Positions 60,774 through 64,000 of a DNA stretch of 64,000 nt are shown piece after piece. The DNA lies in IMG/VR virus record IMGVR_UViG_2974677434_000001, positions 6,669-70,668 of that record; one strand, given 5' to 3'. Under the pieces are notes generated by a model. The model had not been told where the DNA came from and did not search any database. It saw only the letters and a program-made list of their open reading frames with translations. The first letter of the stretch is position 1. The number at the start of each line of letters is the position of its first letter. The DNA comes from a virus. Lineage: Duplodnaviria; Caudoviricetes. The position numbers and the translations under genes are program-made.

Positions 60774-60970
60774 CGGGCGCGCTCCGCCAGCCAGGTGGTC
60801 AACTGGCGCACGATCGCACCGACCTGGGAGGCATCGAGCGCCGCCTCCAGGTCGGGCTGATCGAAGGCGGCGAACATCGAGACCCCGACCTCGGCGAGGT
60901 GCGGGTCGGTCTCGATGATCACGCCCGCGCTGTCGGTCGGGTCCGCCGAGGCGTAGGTCTCGCGGATCAT
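60770..60970 (-). CDS. hypothetical protein
   Basis: ATGA overlaps; AGGAGG SD. Confidence 0.65.
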   Translation of the reverse strand: MIRETYASADPTDSAGVIIETDPHLAEVGVSMFAAFDQPDLEAALDASQVGAIVRQLTTWLAERAR

Positions 60971-61233
60971 GCCGCCGCCTCCTGCGCCATCGCCAGGCCC
61001 TTGGCCAGGTGGGCGAAGAAGTGCATCACGTCGCCGTTGCGGAAGTCGATCTTGACCAGCACGGTCTTGATCTGGGCCTGCTCGGCGGGGCTGGCGGACT
61101 TCGCCGCGTCGATCACGACGCCGAGCGGGATCGAGTGATGGCCCCAGAAGCCGTCGGTCTCGATCTCGAAGCGGTGCTCGCGGTCCAGGCCCTTCTCGTC
61201 GGCCAGGGTGTCGATCCAGGTTGAGAACTTCAT
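60967..61233 (-). CDS. hypothetical protein
   Basis: GAGGAG SD and promoter cassette before ATG 61233. Confidence 0.75.
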   Translation of the reverse strand: MKFSTWIDTLADEKGLDREHRFEIETDGFWGHHSIPLGVVIDAAKSASPAEQAQIKTVLVKIDFRNGDVMHFFAHLAKGLAMAQEAAA

Positions 61234-61311
61234 CGGGTGCTCCTCGGGGTCGTGGGCCGGTCGCTCCGGCCTGCTGATATAGAACTTACCCGACAAGGGC
61301 GGGCAAGTCAA
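61234..61311 (-). promoter_or_regulatory. early cassette copy 6
   Basis: TTGACT(61311-61306)-tgcccgcccttgtcggg-TAAGTT(61288-61283), hairpin GGCCGGAGCGACCGGCC. Confidence 0.8.
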
Positions 61312-61555
61312 CATTTCGCGCCCGACGAATAGAACGGGCTTCTCGCCTGCGCAGACGCCGCCGGGGCGGGGCTGCTTCGGCGAGGTATTCGGGCGTCCAG
61401 GACATCACCACGCCCGGCCCGTGGACCGGGTGGTCGACCTCGCGGCGCTCGAAGCGCGTCCTGATCCAGTGGTGGCCCTGGCAGTCCGAGGAGCCGCAGA
61501 CGATCTGGCGGACCGGGCGCGTGCGCCCCGGTAGTGCGCGATGCTTCGCCATCAC
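61286..61555 (-). CDS. hypothetical basic protein
   Basis: GTGA overlap; its TAA stop lies in the -10 of cassette 6. Confidence 0.55.
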   Translation of the reverse strand: MMAKHRALPGRTRPVRQIVCGSSDCQGHHWIRTRFERREVDHPVHGPGVVMSWTPEYLAEAAPPRRRLRRREARSIRRARNVDLPALVG

Positions 61556-61692
61556 TCGCCGCCCAGCTCGGCGGCGCTCGCGCCCTCGCCGGGGATGTAG
61601 GGGTCGGCGATCACGCGGCGCAGCTCGCTGCCGGGGATGCCGGAGTAGTCGACGCCTCCGAGGTACGTCTGGGGTTGATCTTGTTGTGCCAT
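61552..61692 (-). CDS. hypothetical protein (46 aa)
   Basis: AGGAGG SD before ATG 61692. Confidence 0.5.
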   Translation of the reverse strand: MAQQDQPQTYLGGVDYSGIPGSELRRVIADPYIPGEGASAAELGGE

Positions 61693-61786
61693 GATGGCGG
61701 GGCCTCCTGTCGGGGTAGGCGGTTGGGTGGTCGGGGTCGGTGTTGCCCGGCGGGTGTTGACACTCACCCGCCGGGCCTGGGCGAGG

Positions 61787-62164
61787 TTATCGGCCCTGCT
61801 TCACCTCCTCCAGCTCCTCGGCGGTCACGCGGCGGATGGTCCCGCCGACGTAGAACTCGCGGGCCTGGGCGCGGACCTCGGCCTCGGTGCCGGTGAAGGG
61901 CACCTCGCGGGCGGCGGTCTCGATGACCCAGTAGAGGTGGGCGTCGTCCTCGACGTCGACCAGGGTCCAGGAGCCGATCGGGTCGCCGACGGTCAGGCGG
62001 TCGCGGCTCAGCGCGTTGAGCGTGCCCTCGTCGCTTCCCCAGCCCTTGACGAAGGTCTTGCTGGCGGTCGCAATGTCGATCATGCGGGCGCGGGCCTCGC
62101 GGCGGTCGGCGTGGGTCGTGACCTCGGTGCGTCCGTAGAGGTGGACGGTCAGCTTGGCGATCAT
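61787..62164 (-). CDS. hypothetical early protein
   Basis: AAGGAG SD and promoter cassette. Confidence 0.75.
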   Translation of the reverse strand: MIAKLTVHLYGRTEVTTHADRREARARMIDIATASKTFVKGWGSDEGTLNALSRDRLTVGDPIGSWTLVDVEDDAHLYWVIETAAREVPFTGTEAEVRAQAREFYVGGTIRRVTAEELEEVKQGR

Positions 62165-62239
62165 GTCGGTGGTCTCCTTGTCCGGCGGGTCGATCCCGCC
62201 TCTACAAATGAAATTACCCTACTTCGGCAGGCATGTCAA
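62165..62239 (-). promoter_or_regulatory. early cassette copy 7
   Basis: TTGACA(62239-62234)-tgcctgccgaagtaggg-TAATTT(62216-62211), hairpin GGCGGGATCGACCCGCC. Confidence 0.85.
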
Positions 62240-62275
62240 CATCTGGGGCGCGACAAATTGCCGCGCCCCGCGCGC

Positions 62276-62479
62276 CTACCCGCAGAGGCGGGCCTGGCGC
62301 AGGTACTCCCAGCCCTGGGCGATCAGCTCGGCCTGGATCGGCTCGCCCGCGAACAGCGAGGCGCGCTCGGCCATGTCCTCCGCCGCCTGGAGCAGGATCG
62401 CCTTGCGCTCGGCGAGCTGGACGCGCGCCTCGGCGGCGTTGCGGGCGGTGAGCCGGGGGAGGGTGAGGGTTGCGGACAT
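62276..62479 (-). CDS. hypothetical protein
   Basis: AGGAGG SD; preceded by a cassette-type hairpin without promoter. Confidence 0.7.
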   Translation of the reverse strand: MSATLTLPRLTARNAAEARVQLAERKAILLQAAEDMAERASLFAGEPIQAELIAQGWEYLRQARLCG

Positions 62480-62550
62480 GGTGACCTCCTGGGGTCGAGG
62501 GGCGGCGGGACGGTCCCGCCTGCCTGCTGGTTGTGGCCGGGTGGCCCCGG

Positions 62551-62787
62551 TCAGACGATGCTGACCGGGACGGCGACGGCGGCGTCGGTGCGCCAGTTCC
62601 AGATGCGGTCCTTGGCTGCCTTGAGCGCCAGCTCGGCGGAGCCGTGGAAGCTGACGACCGCCCAGCCGATCTCGTCGTCGCTGCGACCGTCGAAGTGAAG
62701 GGCGAGCGCGTGGGTGTACTCGCGGGCCGAGGTGCGGGTGGCGGTGTGGCCCTCGTAGGTGGCGGTGTACTTGATCTTCTTGGCCAT
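62551..62787 (-). CDS. hypothetical early protein
   Basis: GAGGAAGG SD and promoter cassette. Confidence 0.75.
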   Translation of the reverse strand: MAKKIKYTATYEGHTATRTSAREYTHALALHFDGRSDDEIGWAVVSFHGSAELALKAAKDRIWNWRTDAAVAVPVSIV

Positions 62788-62862
62788 GATCTTGGTCCTT
62801 CCTCCGGCGGGTCCGTCCCGCCTCACATGAACTAAGTTACCTGCCGAAGTCGGGGAAGTCAA
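62788..62862 (-). promoter_or_regulatory. early cassette copy 8
   Basis: TTGACT(62862-62857)-tccccgacttcggcagg-TAACTT(62839-62834); this 29-bp core is identical to copy 1. Confidence 0.85.
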
Positions 62863-62904
62863 GCCCCAGACCGAAGTTTCTTCGATCTGGGGCTTGACCT
62901 GCGA

Positions 62905-63423
62905 TTACTCGCCGTAGGGGCCGGTGATCAGTCCGCCCCGTGCGAAGCCGACCCGGCGGGTCGACTCGACCCGGCCATAGTCGCCCATCCGCTCGGCGAC
63001 GGGCGGCTCGACGCCCTCGGGGAGCAGGAAGTCGCCGGGCGTCAGGACGCGCAGCGTCGACCAGTTCGCCTCGCCGATCGTCTGGAGCAGCCCGGCCCAG
63101 TTGAGCCGGTCGCGCGTGGCCTGGCTGCCGGTGACCATCCAGCGCACCGAGCGAGGCCCGACGCGCCAGCCGACGGCGGCGTAGTGATACTCGCGCCCGC
63201 TCATGTACTTGCTGAAGGTCACGAAGGCCGGACCGTCGTCGCCGACGGTCGGCTGCTTCGGCCTGGTGGCCTCCGCCTCGGCGGCTGCCGCTGCTGCCGC
63301 CTGCTGGCGCAGCTCCTCGGCGATCGCGGCGGCGCGGTTGGCCTCCGCCATCAACTGGGCAGCGGTGACCGGGCGGGCCACGCTTCCCTCGGTGCCCTCC
63401 ACGGGCCTGTCATCTTCGGACAC
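62905..63423 (-). CDS. hypothetical protein
   Basis: AAGGAGG SD before GTG. Confidence 0.7.
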   Translation of the reverse strand: MSEDDRPVEGTEGSVARPVTAAQLMAEANRAAAIAEELRQQAAAAAAAEAEATRPKQPTVGDDGPAFVTFSKYMSGREYHYAAVGWRVGPRSVRWMVTGSQATRDRLNWAGLLQTIGEANWSTLRVLTPGDFLLPEGVEPPVAERMGDYGRVESTRRVGFARGGLITGPYGE

Positions 63424-63487
63424 GGGCGTGCCCTCCTTCCTCGGGTGGTTGACCCCGCCGGACGGTCCGGCGGGGCCTCGGGGCGAT

Positions 63488-63817
63488 CTACCGCTCGGTG
63501 CGGATGATCTTCCAGACCAGCTCCACGGTGTCGCCGGTCTGCGAGCTGACGGCTGCCTGGCTCCAGGGCACGCCCTCGGCAGGCTCCAGGGCCATCACGC
63601 GGTCGGCAGCCTCCAGGATGTCGGCGGCGCGGCGCAGGCCCGTGGCGCTGCGGTAGCGGTCGCTGACCAGCCAGTCGGCCTCCTTGCGCATGTAGTCGCG
63701 GAGGGCGACGCGGGCCTCGTCCAGCGACTCGCCGGAGTAGATGCTGACGTGAGCCATTGCGGCATCCTCGTCGGTGCGAGCGCCCTTGCTGTCGCGGGTG
63801 GCGAAGTAGCGGATCAT
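63488..63817 (-). CDS. hypothetical early protein
   Basis: AAGGAGG SD and promoter cassette. Confidence 0.75.
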   Translation of the reverse strand: MIRYFATRDSKGARTDEDAAMAHVSIYSGESLDEARVALRDYMRKEADWLVSDRYRSATGLRRAADILEAADRVMALEPAEGVPWSQAAVSSQTGDTVELVWKIIRTER

Positions 63818-63896
63818 GGTTGCCTCCTTGGGCAGTGGCGGCGGGCCGGTCCCGCCTGACATCCACGAAGTTACCCGCCTAAGTCGGGGAAGTCAA
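63818..63896 (-). promoter_or_regulatory. early cassette copy 9
   Basis: TTGACT(63896-63891)-tccccgacttaggcggg-TAACTT(63873-63868), hairpin GGCGGGACCGGCCCGCC. Confidence 0.85.
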
Positions 63897-63931
63897 GCGA
63901 ATATCCGAAACTATTTTTCTGACCCCAGATG

Positions 63932-64000
63932 TTGACAAGCCTGCCGAAGTCGGGTAACTTCGTATTCAGAGGCGGGACGGACCCGCCGAGGAAGGCAGAC
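63932..64000 (+). promoter_or_regulatory. early cassette copy 10 (rightward, gene starts beyond window)
   Basis: TTGACA(63932-63937)-agcctgccgaagtcggg-TAACTT(63955-63960), hairpin GGCGGGACGGACCCGCC, GAGGAAGG SD. Confidence 0.85.

Overview
A GC-rich (roughly 70% by eye) tailed-phage genome segment with the gene order of a cluster B-like mycobacteriophage; the cluster assignment is an inference from synteny and LysA/LysB content, not a database hit. Left part (1-30.8 kb, + strand): portal C-terminus, MuF/protease fusion, two capsid proteins, three membrane genes, major tail, head-tail connectors, tail chaperone, a 1975-aa tape measure with an Rpf-like domain, and minor tail genes, interrupted by single leftward genes. 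Middle: XRE/AlpA-like regulators and lysA-holin-lysB. 35.7-50.7 kb (- strand): replication genes (PD-(D/E)XK exonuclease, SF2 helicase, MazG-like pyrophosphatase, primase/helicase, PolA). 51-58 kb (+) and 58-64 kb (-): small accessory genes. No integrase, tRNA or CRISPR array was seen. The most striking signal is regulatory: ten near-identical cassettes of SigA promoter (TTGACW-N17-TAA(C/G/T)TT) + 15-bp dyad operator in the spacer (found in both orientations) + 5' stem-loop + Shine-Dalgarno, plus a second promoter class (NNGCAC-N10-TANNNT) upstream of virion and lysis genes. Start codons were re-chosen by hand from SD, overlap and -10 positions, so several differ from the ORF track. All family assignments come from motif recognition by eye and need HMM confirmation.
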